Below, one piece after another: positions 49,068 to 59,089 of a DNA stretch of 64,000 nt. The position numbers were made by a program, and so were the translations under genes. Within the stretch, counting starts at the first letter, position 1. Each line of letters starts with the position of its first letter. The notes below the pieces were generated by a model. That model was not told the DNA's origin and searched no databases. It was given only the letters and a program-made list of their open reading frames with translations. The stretch comes from Thermoproteota archaeon (GTDB lineage Archaea > Korarchaeota > Korarchaeia > Korarchaeales > JAOZGB01), in contig JAVCBU010000011.1 of the NCBI GenBank assembly GCA_037917685.1, positions 1-64,000 of the forward strand, given 5' to 3'.

Positions 49068-49270
49068 TCAGGTGGTAATAGTAGTATTATTAGCTTTCAG
49101 CTGATAATAGCATTGATAAGGGTTAAATACATGCCAAAAGGAGAAGCCAAGGCCAGAAATGTAGGTTGCTGCCATAATAATTATAGCCGCTCCTATTACT
49201 AGCCTTGCTGCCCCGCCGGATAGTGAAAGTGCGAATTCAGACTTAGGTTTAGCGTTCACTACCTCCCACA
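49068..49270 (-). pseudogene. Truncated small membrane protein (KP..F.LSL.GG family), paralogue of 51210-51992
   Basis: AKPKSEFALSLSGGAARLVIG resembles AKPKFPYVLSLFDGAAELIVG at protein and DNA level. Confidence 0.5.
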
Positions 49271-49323
49271 GGGGCAACCATCCCATGAAATGATAAATTT
49301 TAGATAACATTTTTACCCAAGAT

Positions 49324-50218
49324 TTACAAGTTGCTGTATTCGAATGCTATTCTATGTGCAAGTTTCTTTGAGAAAGCTATGATTGTTTGGACTGGAGGTA
49401 CGCCTGGCGCTTTTGGAGGATGCTACAATCTGACACGAAGAGCCGGCTTATCTCAGTCTCCTGCTCTCTGTTTACAACGCGTCCTATCCCAGCTGTTCCT
49501 CCAACATGTGCCCCTCTGACAGCTGTGGTGAATATGGATTTAGGATTCGACCCTGCATGGGCGATTATGTCAGTTGAAATCTGAATTCCCCTCCTCAGTT
49601 TCTCCCCGTCGCTCCTTGTAACAGTCTTTCTTATTGTGCCATCAGCGTCTACATTTCCTGAATCTTCGTCCGAAATCTTAGTCATAACGCCCAACAGCCT
49701 TTCTCTCCTTAGGGCGATAGATTTACGGAGTATTGGTAGGTACAGAAACATGTGGAGAGGCGTATCTAGGACTGGAGAGAGTATAAATCCGTGTTCACTA
49801 TGGAACTCGTCTATTAGTGTTGCCATGCCGGCCTCATTTCCCATTTTATCGTCTACCATCCCGTAAGTGTCGACGAAGAGGTCAACGAATAAGTTTCCCC
49901 CAGCGTTGGTTAAGCCTGATTTTTGGAGAATAATGGGTGTCCCTATCCCTCCTGCGGATAGTATGACGTTTCCAGCTTCAATCTCGTATACCTCCTGGGG
50001 ACCGTGGACCTTAACTCCCTTTACCTCTCCCCCTGAATGTAAAACCCTTTCAACAGAGGTATTCAGGATCATCTTTGCGCCAGCCTTGAATGCGTCTCCA
50101 ATGTACGTCTGACTGGACCATTTAGCTCCATACTTGCAACCGGTAACACATGCCGCAGCTTCTACACTTTGAGAAATCCACGGATTTAGGCATGGGCTTA
50201 ACATTGTACCCCAGCTCC
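49324..50218 (-). pseudogene. GMC oxidoreductase remnant, copy 1 (no N-terminal FAD-binding motif, frameshifted)
   Basis: C..GC.YGAKW, SAGGIGTP.IL.KSG, GAHVGGTA, LFVSD.S; indels relative to copy 2 near 49418 and 50148. Confidence 0.8.
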
Positions 50219-50221
50219 TGG

Positions 50222-50263
50222 GAATGCTAGGATCCTCACGTCTGAGAATGCTAGGATCCTCAC
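50222..50263. repeat. 18-bp perfect direct repeat (GAATGCTAGGATCCTCAC x2, 24-bp period)
   Basis: Copies at 50222-50239 and 50246-50263, at the point where GMC similarity ends. Confidence 0.85.
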
Positions 50264-50378
50264 ATATTTGAGGTGCCACACTATAAATATAGTAGTGCTT
50301 GGGAGCTATAGGCTGGCTCCATTTGCATGAGCGATATGATTTTATTTTTCTGGTTTTCTATAGTGGAGGGCTGCAGAT

Positions 50379-51197
50379 TTGGACTTGTTTTATGTCGGCT
50401 TGGTTTTCCTAGGCTTGGTGGTCGGCTGCATTGGTGCCTATGTTGGGATAGGGGGAGGATCTATTATCAGCCCAACACTGATCCTTATAGGGATAGACCC
50501 GCACATGGCAGCTGGAACTAGTCTCGCCGTGGTTTTCTTTACAGGTCTATCTTCGGCGATAGCCTACGCCCGTAAACGCCTGGTGGACTGGAAAATAGGT
50601 TTAATCCTCGAATTATCCTTATTCCCAGGGGGCTACGTGGGTTCTAGACTTACAGGAATAACAGCCAGCCAGACGATGAAGAAAGCCTACACCATACTAT
50701 TATTTGCCCTGTCAGCTTACATGTGGGTTTCTCAGAGTAGGAGAAAGGGGGAAGAGACCAGAGACCCTAAGTACAGGATCAACCTGTCGGTTGCGCTTCC
50801 ACTAAGCTTCATCGCAGGCTTATCATCGGGATTCTTCGGAATTGGTGGAGGCGTGATAAAAGTGCCGCTACTCACCTTCCTCGGAATGCCGGTACATAAT
50901 GCAGTGGCAACATCGACATTTATGATAATGATAACCTCGATAGGGGGGCTAATGGGACACATACACCTTGGAAATGTAAATCCAATATACGCCCTGGCAA
51001 TAGCGCCTGGAATATTCCTCGGGGCACAGTGCGGGTCAAAACTCGCCTACAAGTCTAAACCAGAAATGGTGGCCAAAATATTCTCTATAGTCCTCATAAC
51101 AATAGCATTTTCAATACTGTTAAGGGGTAGAACAGGCCGCCAGGCCCTTCTACCCTGTATGCCTACGGCTACGCCCCTATACGGTATAGTGCAGTAA
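50379..51197 (+). CDS. TauE/SafE-family (TSUP) transporter
   Basis: GIGGG..I.P twice, AAGTSL, AVATS. Confidence 0.9.
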   Translation: MDLFYVGLVFLGLVVGCIGAYVGIGGGSIISPTLILIGIDPHMAAGTSLAVVFFTGLSSAIAYARKRLVDWKIGLILELSLFPGGYVGSRLTGITASQTMKKAYTILLFALSAYMWVSQSRRKGEETRDPKYRINLSVALPLSFIAGLSSGFFGIGGGVIKVPLLTFLGMPVHNAVATSTFMIMITSIGGLMGHIHLGNVNPIYALAIAPGIFLGAQCGSKLAYKSKPEMVAKIFSIVLITIAFSILLRGRTGRQALLPCMPTATPLYGIVQ

Positions 51198-51209
51198 CCT
51201 TTTACGATG

Positions 51210-51992
51210 CTACATTGAACACCCGGCGGAGGCAGCCGTGTACCCGGATGCTACGCTTTCACGACTCGCATTGTTCCATACAGGCTTTGAAGCTCCTTCA
51301 GGGGCCTTTGGCTTCCATATAAGTGCCAGGATCCCCCCAGTAAAGCATAACGGTTTCGGCCCAACGATAACCGGAGATATAAGGATCATTATCCCAAGGT
51401 CTTCCGCTCTCCCAGGATACTTGTAGAGGGCTATGGCTTCAGCTATAATTACCAGGTCCGCGAAGATGTTGCACAGTATTAACATGGAGATGAGCCTGTT
51501 AAAGTTGATTGAGGCAGGAAATTTAGTCCGAGCATCGGTCCCGCATGCATCAGAAGCTCAACTAATCCCCCAATCAGCGTAACCGCAAACGCCGCTCTAG
51601 GCTTAGACCTTGTAACCGCCAGCTTCGGGGTGCCATACATCTTTGACCTCCATTTAATCGCTAGAATCCCTCCTGCTAGGCTTAACACGTTCGGTAACAG
51701 TAAAATGAAAACTTTCCCATCGACGAAATATTCGCAGGATTCAACATCACGGTTGATAACACTACTATTATTACGCCCAAAATTTGGCCGCCGTAGGATT
51801 TCTGTAGAGAAGCACAGCCCCTAAGATGATTATAGCATTGACAATGGTGAAATGCAGACCAATAATGAAGCCGAGCGCGGAGTCACTGTCCCATGCAGTT
51901 ATCAACATAGCTAAACCTACTATTAGCTCCGCCGCACCATCGAACAGTGAAAGTACATATGGAAACTTGGGTTTAGCATCCACTATAATCAC
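51210..51992 (-). pseudogene. Frameshifted tandem two-repeat membrane protein (KP..AF..LIGG...GGILA..W family)
   Basis: Fragments at 51771-51992, 51479-51688 and 51210-51485 join into two repeats, each ending GGILA(I/L).W. Confidence 0.6.
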
Positions 51993-52117
51993 CAGGGTAG
52001 CCGCGCCTTAATAGATGATAAAGTTTAGATAACATTGTTACTGTAATCCTACCATTACCTGTCTAGCCTGCAGCCTCATGACCATAGGCTATTAAGCTAA
52101 TTTCTGGTAAGAGGCAT

Positions 52118-52987
52118 GTGATGTTTACCAAAGGCCGGGGCACTACACTCGCATCCATATTAGCCTATATACCATTATCTGCTGTCTGCTTATACATTAG
52201 ACTCTACACGCTTGTCATAGCATTCATAGGAGCCGCCGTATTCGCGTTGTCGCTACGGAAGCCCCGCAGATCAGTAGTAGTATTAGCCGTAAGCATACTC
52301 TTCCTAAGCCCAAACCCGTACAGGCTTCTACAGCAGTGCCCTAGGTACTGGGAGCCCTCAGCCCTTGTAGAGCCTGTCTACATTAATGTGAGCTTCTCCA
52401 GCTGGGAAGTGTTTGAAAAACAGATATATGAGATGCTCCCCTACCAGTTTGACTATCTAAACTGGAATACAGCTGACTACTGGCCCACACCAGCCGAAGC
52501 CCTAAGGGCTGGCTGTGAGGACTGCGACGGAAGAGCAATCCTAGCCTGCAGCATTCTCAGAGACATGGGATACCATGCTAGGGTCGTTGTAGGCTTAGAT
52601 CACGCATGGGTTGAGGTTAAAGAAGGGGATGAATGGGTTGGGATTCTATGGCCAAGGCCGCCGGGGCTCTTAAGCTTCAATGATACCCACACATGCCATG
52701 TCGGTTTTCTTAGGGAGTTGAAGATACGCCTACTACCGCCCCTGTTCTACATGGACTGGCTGATGATCGTCGGAGTATCCATGTGGCTTGCCACCTGCCT
52801 ACTCATCGCATCACCAGATGTAAAGAGAGGGTTGAGAGCTTTCATCCTAGGCATCGCCGTCTACACGCCTCTCGCCTACTTGTACTCAGAGGTGTCCCAC
52901 CATGTACCCATACTGTCTACAGTCTTAGGCCTAGCCCTTTCATATGCGGGTTTAAAGCTGGTAGCTAGGCTTACAGGAATCGCCTAG
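52118..52987 (+). CDS. Membrane-anchored transglutaminase-like Cys protease
   Basis: P.EAL..GCEDCDGRAILACSIL..G..ARVVVG..HAWVEV between TM segments. Confidence 0.75.
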   Translation: MMFTKGRGTTLASILAYIPLSAVCLYIRLYTLVIAFIGAAVFALSLRKPRRSVVVLAVSILFLSPNPYRLLQQCPRYWEPSALVEPVYINVSFSSWEVFEKQIYEMLPYQFDYLNWNTADYWPTPAEALRAGCEDCDGRAILACSILRDMGYHARVVVGLDHAWVEVKEGDEWVGILWPRPPGLLSFNDTHTCHVGFLRELKIRLLPPLFYMDWLMIVGVSMWLATCLLIASPDVKRGLRAFILGIAVYTPLAYLYSEVSHHVPILSTVLGLALSYAGLKLVARLTGIA

Positions 52988-53029
52988 CTTTACTATACTT
53001 TCCCATCCACTAAACCCTGCATAGAGGTT

Positions 53030-53915
53030 TTAGTTGTGGTACTCGGATGCTATCCTGTGTGCGAGTTTCTTTGAGAGGGCTATGATTGTTAGGACTGGAG
53101 GTACACCTGGCGCTTTTGGAAGGATGCTACCATCTGACACGAAGAGCCGGCTTATCTCCGTCTCTTGCTCGCTGTTCACAACACGGTCTATTCCGGCCGT
53201 TCCGCCGACATGTGCGCCTCTAACTCCTGTTGTGAATATGGACTTAGGATTAGACCCTGCACTGGCAAGTATGTCCTTTGATATTTGGATTCCCCTCCTT
53301 AATCTCTCATCATCTTTACTTGTAACACTTTTACTTATGGTGCCGTCAGCGTGCACCACGCCTGAGTCCTCCTGTGGAATTCATCTATTAGTGTTGCCAT
53401 GCCAGCTTCCTCCTCCATTTTACTGCCCATCATCCCGTAGGTATTAACGAATAGATCGACGAATAGGTTTCCCCCGGCGTTGGTTAAGCCCGATTTCTGA
53501 AGAATAATAGGCGTACCTATTCCTCCAGCCGCCAGTACTACATTTTTAGCCTCAATCTCGTATGATCCTTTAGCACCATGCACCTTAACTCCTTTGACTT
53601 CTCCTCCGGAATGTAAAACCTCGTCTACGGAGGTATTTAAAAGCATTCTTGCGCCTGCCCTAAATACATCCCAAATGTACATCTGACTTGACCATTTAGC
53701 TCCGTACTTGCAACCAGTAACACACATGCCGCAACTTCTACACTTAGAGAAATCTATGAATTTAGGCATTGGTTTTACATTGTATCCCAGCTCCTCTGCC
53801 GCTGTTTTCAGCCTCCTCGTCCTCTCACCCATCATCTTCTCAGGAAATGGTGAAACGTGAAGCTCCCTTTCAGCCTCCCTAAACTCATCCTCTAACTCTA
53901 TCCCATAGTTTTTCA
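53030..53915 (-). pseudogene. GMC oxidoreductase remnant, copy 2 (N-truncated, internal deletion near 53375)
   Basis: CRSCGMCVTGCKYGAKW, AAGGIGTP, GAHVGGTA, PP.LTIIALS; lacks the HGFILSP..MTKI segment present in copy 1. Confidence 0.8.
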
Positions 53916-54023
53916 GGGTGGCTTACATATCAGTTAACATATAAAACTAACTAGCAAAGAAATTTTATCTGTTATGTTTAAATAGTAAACTTGAATAATA
54001 TGTAAATTCTATGTATACATGGG

Positions 54024-54782
54024 CTACTGAAATCCTAAGTCTAAACCTATGGGGGGTGCGGCCCCTACATTATGTCCTTCGTAGATGTTTAGAGCTATTC
54101 TAAATGTTTCTTCAACCTCAGACTCCGATGACGCGCCGATTACTACACCGTGAACCTTGTTGACATGAGATATGAAGTTTAAAGCCTCTTTTGGCTTCAG
54201 CCTCCCAGCGGCAAGCACTTTCTTCGCCAGAACGATACCTTTAAACATGGATATTAGCTCGACGATCCTTCTGAAAGGCATATCAGCCATATATCCAATC
54301 TTGTTTAGTGGAAGCAAGAGTATTGGGCATTCAAGCTTGGATCGTATTAGCCATTCTAAAAGTCTTCCAGGCCTATGGGTAACAAGCCCGTAGCTCATCC
54401 CCTCTTCCCTTATTACATCGTAAACCTCAAGAATTCGAGTGGCCTTTAGGCTATCTGTTATCGACGCGTGCACCAGGCAGGCTTTAGCCTCAAGACCCTT
54501 AAGGACGTCAATTTCCGATTTGTAATCATTACAGCCTACAGTACCAACTATGTGCTCTGGACATTCATTCTCCAGCTTCAATTTTTTGGCGGCTACCACT
54601 AGAGGCTTGAAGGGTAGAAGCTGGAATCCCTTTACTCCCAGTTTGTACGCCGCTGAAACAACCTTTACGATGTTTCTAGGCTGCAGATAGAATTTCCTGT
54701 AATATTCCAACGCTCGGAGGCCGAACTGTCCAGCCCCTATGAATGGGCTTGACCCAATGAAAACACGGGGTAGATGGTTCAC
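54024..54782 (-). CDS. Aldo-keto-reductase-like TIM-barrel hypothetical protein
   Basis: GSSPFIGAGQFG, PLNK.GY, AKKVLAAG.L.P.EA, IG.SS..EV.ET. Confidence 0.6.
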   Translation of the reverse strand: MNHLPRVFIGSSPFIGAGQFGLRALEYYRKFYLQPRNIVKVVSAAYKLGVKGFQLLPFKPLVVAAKKLKLENECPEHIVGTVGCNDYKSEIDVLKGLEAKACLVHASITDSLKATRILEVYDVIREEGMSYGLVTHRPGRLLEWLIRSKLECPILLLPLNKIGYMADMPFRRIVELISMFKGIVLAKKVLAAGRLKPKEALNFISHVNKVHGVVIGASSESEVEETFRIALNIYEGHNVGAAPPIGLDLGFQ

Positions 54783-54867
54783 GTAACGTCTACCCCTGCC
54801 TAAACTATAATTTTACCTTTAAGCTGGAAATGGTAACCTACCGTGTATGCTTAAGTGTAAGCGGTTT

Positions 54868-56013
54868 TTAGACATGTAACTGTGGTGCAAAGCATGAGAG
54901 AATCTTATAGGGGATAAATGCTTTAAGCCTTCCCTGAAGAGTGTTTCTCCCTAGCACCCTAAATTTTCCCTTCCCAAGGGATACTACTATGTCTCCAATT
55001 TCGTATCGTGGTAGTACGCTTGTTGAGACTATCAGGCTTCCATGCTGGCCTCTTTCCAGCATGTATAGTGGTTTAACCTTTCCCCCACATTTAACTTCGT
55101 AAAAGTAGATGTCATACATGGGCTTAAGCCCCAGCGTAGGCCCCTCTTGGACTCCGAAGGCTCCCTCGCAGGCACCGTAGAGTTCGACCACGTCGGCTTT
55201 CCTCCAGTAATGTTTGAGGAATGGCTTGTATACCATGTGGATGTCGGGAACTCCGGAGAGGAATATTACGCTAAAGTCGAACATGCTGGATACCTTCCTG
55301 TTTATCCTTCTTTCCACGTATCGGGCGAGCATGTAGAGTGGAATGGGGGATGAAACCGTGAATGAGACCTCTTTGCCGGCTGACTCCCCTAATGCCATGT
55401 TGTAGAGCTTTACCCACCACTTTCTTCCAATCTTCAGCCCAAGCCGGTCCACAAGTTCAGGTGTAGGTATCTGTTTAAGGCTGAAAGCAGGAGTTATTAG
55501 TCTTGCATGCATTCCTGAGATATGCCCGTAAGGAGCCTTAGACTCAGCCTTCCCGGCAAGCCCCTGGATGCTCGGTGGATGGAGGGAAAGAACGTAGCCC
55601 GCTAGGTATTCGAAGCTTGTTGAGAGGCCATATAGTGCTAGGGCTCTTGCTGAGACAACTATTCTATCTGATAGGTCCCTTGTGGTTACGGGTATAAGCT
55701 TCGGCGGACCCCGAGTCCTGGAGCTGGCGGCATAGTATAATGGGGCTGAGTCTAAACCGGCTTTCCACCGGCCCTGAAGAATATTTCTAAGAATACTTTT
55801 GTACTCCTTATACCTTAAGACTTTAAATTTCAGCTTGTAGGACTTAAGATCCTTAACCTCCCCTGCTTTCTCGGACCACGCCTCAGTCTTCTCGTAGGCT
55901 TTCAGCAGTGATTCTAACACTTCGGCCTGGCTTCTGGCAGGGTTATCTTGAGCCCTTCTATAGTCTTCAAGCCTGGCTTTTCCTATTATTGCGTCCTCGA
56001 GGCTCCCCAACAT
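54868..56013 (-). CDS. GH3-family (ANL superfamily) acyl-adenylate/amido synthetase
   Basis: SSRTRGPPKLIPVT (P-loop-like), ELYGACEG, YFYE, LPRYEIGDIV, GR. Confidence 0.75.
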   Translation of the reverse strand: MLGSLEDAIIGKARLEDYRRAQDNPARSQAEVLESLLKAYEKTEAWSEKAGEVKDLKSYKLKFKVLRYKEYKSILRNILQGRWKAGLDSAPLYYAASSRTRGPPKLIPVTTRDLSDRIVVSARALALYGLSTSFEYLAGYVLSLHPPSIQGLAGKAESKAPYGHISGMHARLITPAFSLKQIPTPELVDRLGLKIGRKWWVKLYNMALGESAGKEVSFTVSSPIPLYMLARYVERRINRKVSSMFDFSVIFLSGVPDIHMVYKPFLKHYWRKADVVELYGACEGAFGVQEGPTLGLKPMYDIYFYEVKCGGKVKPLYMLERGQHGSLIVSTSVLPRYEIGDIVVSLGKGKFRVLGRNTLQGRLKAFIPYKILSCFAPQLHV

Positions 56014-56090
56014 TTAGACTTTAGGTTTGGATTCTAATATAATCGTCTCGGATGCAACTCTAAATTTAAGCATACCCTCGAAATAATTCG

Positions 56091-57464
56091 ATGAATGTTA
56101 CCCTTGTCGACCCACCGAGAGGTCTATGGGACCTGCTTGGGGAAAGCGTGATGCCTCCACTTGGCCTGGCGTATGTTGCGGCATACCTCAGGGAGAGGGG
56201 GCATAATGTTAGCATTATAGACTGCAACGCTGAAAAGATAGGATGGGATGGGCTTGAAAAGAGGCTTAGAAGCACACATCCTGACGTTGTAGGCGTAGGT
56301 GGTGAAACCTGCCATGTGTACAAGGCTTACAGAGTATTCAAGATGGCTAAGGAGCTGGGTGTAGAGTATACAGTTGCTGGAGGCCCGCATTTCACCTTGA
56401 ACTATAGGGAGGCGCTGACTGAATGCCCCCATCTAGACTACGTGGTGGTGGGAGAAGGCGAGATAACCACGGCTGAACTCCTTACAGCTCTCGAGTCTGG
56501 TAGAGAGCCTTGGAAGGTTAGGGGGGTGGCCTACAGGAGGGATGGGCGGCCTGTATATAATGGTGACAGACCGCTTATAGAGGACTTGGACAGCCTCCCG
56601 ATGCCGGCCTTCGACCTTTTACCCATGGAGAAGTATAGGCTTGTAGCGTGGGGCGATAGGGTTACAATGCTAGTCTCAAGCAGAGGATGCCCTTACAGGT
56701 GCATATTTTGCAGCGAGAGAGTACTGTGGAGGGGTAAATGGAGGGCGCACAGTGCACGGAGAGTCGTGGACATGATGGAACACCTCAAAGATAGATATGG
56801 TAAAGATATAGTATGGTTTGGGGATGACACGTTCAACCTGGACAGGAATAGGATAGTTGAGATATGCAAGGAGATAAGGGAAAGGGGCCTGGATGTGTGG
56901 TGGGGGTTCGAGGGCCGTGCAGACCTAATACTCAGGGATAAAGATATTTTCGGTTTGATGAAGGATGCTGGGCTATTCTGGATCCTTATAGGGGTTGAAG
57001 CCGCGTCAGACCGTGAGCTTGAAGCCTACAATAAGGGTTTGAGTATAAGTCAGGTTAAGGAGGCCTTCAGACTTCTCAAACAGTATGATATCATAAGCCA
57101 GGCTATGTTCATCCTTGGCGGGTGGTGGGAGACCAGGGAAAGCATAAAGCAGAAGCTGAAGCTTGCAGTAGAGTTAGACCCCGACTTCGCAATATTCACG
57201 CCGCTTACTCCCTTCCCGGGAACCGAGCTCTACAGAATGGCAGGAGAGATGGGGCTTATCGTGGAGCATGACCTGTCCAAGTATGATTTCGCACACTTCG
57301 TCATGAGGTCCAACAGCCTATCCGTAGAAGAACTAAGGGCGCTTAGATCCTACTGTTACAAAAAGTTCTACAGGAGGCCTCTAAAAATTCTTAGAGGCGT
57401 GACGTCAGGGAATCGCTTTAGAAGAAGTTTATACCTATACTTTCTAAGAAGATTCATAATGTAA
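56091..57464 (+). CDS. Cobalamin-binding radical SAM enzyme (BchE-like)
   Basis: PPLGLAYVAAYL, GGPH, GEGE, SRGCPYRCIFC, DDTF, TPFPGT. Confidence 0.92.
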   Translation: MNVTLVDPPRGLWDLLGESVMPPLGLAYVAAYLRERGHNVSIIDCNAEKIGWDGLEKRLRSTHPDVVGVGGETCHVYKAYRVFKMAKELGVEYTVAGGPHFTLNYREALTECPHLDYVVVGEGEITTAELLTALESGREPWKVRGVAYRRDGRPVYNGDRPLIEDLDSLPMPAFDLLPMEKYRLVAWGDRVTMLVSSRGCPYRCIFCSERVLWRGKWRAHSARRVVDMMEHLKDRYGKDIVWFGDDTFNLDRNRIVEICKEIRERGLDVWWGFEGRADLILRDKDIFGLMKDAGLFWILIGVEAASDRELEAYNKGLSISQVKEAFRLLKQYDIISQAMFILGGWWETRESIKQKLKLAVELDPDFAIFTPLTPFPGTELYRMAGEMGLIVEHDLSKYDFAHFVMRSNSLSVEELRALRSYCYKKFYRRPLKILRGVTSGNRFRRSLYLYFLRRFIM

Positions 57465-57505
57465 ATTTTAAATTGTAAACTTAACACTACCAGTAGGGTG
57501 TAGCC

Positions 57506-57706
57506 ATGGAAGAAGAAAAGAAGAGGAGGAAGTGGTCAGTACTCTACGGAAATATAATCGCCGGACTCACGCTGATAGCAATAGGGCTATCATTCCTGTA
57601 CGGTTTTAGATGGGAAATCTTCCTTATAGCCCTAGGAGCTGTTTTAATAGTAGGAGGAATCATCAAATGGTACTCGGGAGAAGAGGAGGAGTTTGAAAAA
57701 CCATAA
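57506..57706 (+). CDS. Small 2-TM membrane protein
   Basis: GL.LI.IG..FL...W..FLI..G pattern; RBS-like GGGTG upstream. Confidence 0.6.
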   Translation: MEEEKKRRKWSVLYGNIIAGLTLIAIGLSFLYGFRWEIFLIALGAVLIVGGIIKWYSGEEEEFEKP

Positions 57707-58076
57707 TAATCCTGACACTCAAGGTAAAAAAGAAATTCCTGTGCTAAGGCTTAAGAAGGCATACAGGGAGCTGGACTACATATTTATAGGAACAGTTCTA
57801 GCTGCTGGCGGAATGTCAAAAATTTACGGGGTGAACCCCTACAGTTCAGTGATTGTTGGGGTCATCTCAGCCCTGATAGTAGATATATCCTTGCGTACAC
57901 TTACTCTTCCACCCGTATTCTACTGGAGAATCGTTCTTGACTATTTCTTACTCCTAGCATCCGTCTCAGCTGTATTTTACATTCATGGTTTCCCATATGT
58001 GTCAGTTTTAGCATTTATTGCTTCGGCTGTAATGCTTTGGATACTCCTGTTTAGAAGACTTTTGACAACGGTTTAA
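57693..58076 (+). CDS. Hypothetical 4-TM membrane protein
   Basis: Four hydrophobic segments; overlaps the previous gene. Confidence 0.55.
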   Translation: MKNHNNPDTQGKKEIPVLRLKKAYRELDYIFIGTVLAAGGMSKIYGVNPYSSVIVGVISALIVDISLRTLTLPPVFYWRIVLDYFLLLASVSAVFYIHGFPYVSVLAFIASAVMLWILLFRRLLTTV

Positions 58077-58106
58077 ACTTTAAATTTAATTTTAAAGGCT
58101 GGCCTG

Positions 58107-58624
58107 ATGCTAAGTATGTCTACGAAAAAGTTAACACTGGCCGCCGTGTTCATGGCTATGGCGTTTGCAGTAAGGAGTTTTAACGTGCTTGTCATAGAAA
58201 CCCCTGTACCGCCGCTGAAGATGGATATCAGAGACATACCGGTTTTCATAGGATCGATCCTAGTCTCTCCATGGCTGGCATGGCTAATCGGTGGGCTGCA
58301 AGCCAGTTCGACCCGGTCTTCGGGTGGGGGATAGACTTTATAGGCTGGATACCTGCAAGCATAGTGTGCAGCCTTATTTGGAGGAAGCTCAAAGGAATCA
58401 AGGTATCATACAGAGTTCCACTGTCTATAATAGGCGGGCAGGCCCTTGGATACTACCTGTTCACAGTTGCCTTTATAGGGTTTTACTGCGTACCCGACGC
58501 AGGCCTGTATGTTTTCCTAACCCTGCTACTGGGTAGAATGATAGGAAGCTTTATAGTGACAAGTATTGTCGGAATTCCTATTGTCAAGTTCATTGAGAGC
58601 CAGTATCCCAACCTGTTAAAATAG
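58107..58624 (+). pseudogene. ECF S-component (RibU-like) split by a 1-nt frameshift
   Basis: AAVFMAM, PLKMDIRDIP; adding one G at GGG 58293-58295 joins the two ORFs (LIGGAASQFDPVFGWG). Confidence 0.7.
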
Positions 58625-58625
58625 G

Positions 58626-59045
58626 GTGCATCTCATGACCGAGTACAAGGTTTCAGCCAGGTATATCGGCGGCCTATCAATACTAGGTCTTACACCTAAC
58701 GGCAGCTACGTACTTATGAGCAGCAAGCGCGATGTAAAAGCCCCATCGCCAGTTCAGCTGCTCCTACTCTCACTTGCAGGATGTACATCTGTCGATATAG
58801 CTGCCTACCTCGAAAATAGAAGGGTATATGATTACTCTCTCGAAGTTACCGTTGAAGGAGAGAGAAGGAAAACACACCCAAGAACATTTAAGTGGGTTAA
58901 GGTAACGTACAGGGTTAGAATAGGGGAAGAGTATAGGAAGATGGTTATGGAGGCTGTTGATCTCTCATGGAACAAGCTCTGCTCAGTACTAGAGACGATA
59001 AGGCAGGTAGCAGACGTTGAGAAGGAGATCGTTTTCCTCGAATAG
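58626..59045 (+). CDS. OsmC/YhfA-family protein
   Basis: SP..LLL.SLAGCT..D, GER...P..F, K.CSV. Confidence 0.88.
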   Translation: MHLMTEYKVSARYIGGLSILGLTPNGSYVLMSSKRDVKAPSPVQLLLLSLAGCTSVDIAAYLENRRVYDYSLEVTVEGERRKTHPRTFKWVKVTYRVRIGEEYRKMVMEAVDLSWNKLCSVLETIRQVADVEKEIVFLE

Positions 59046-59089
59046 CAGGAGGTGAAGCCCAGGCTTTCTACTTAGGATTCATCACTCTA

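Noticed and set aside
50222-50263. Mini-CRISPR array
   Set aside because: Only two 18-bp repeats with a 6-nt spacer and no cas genes.
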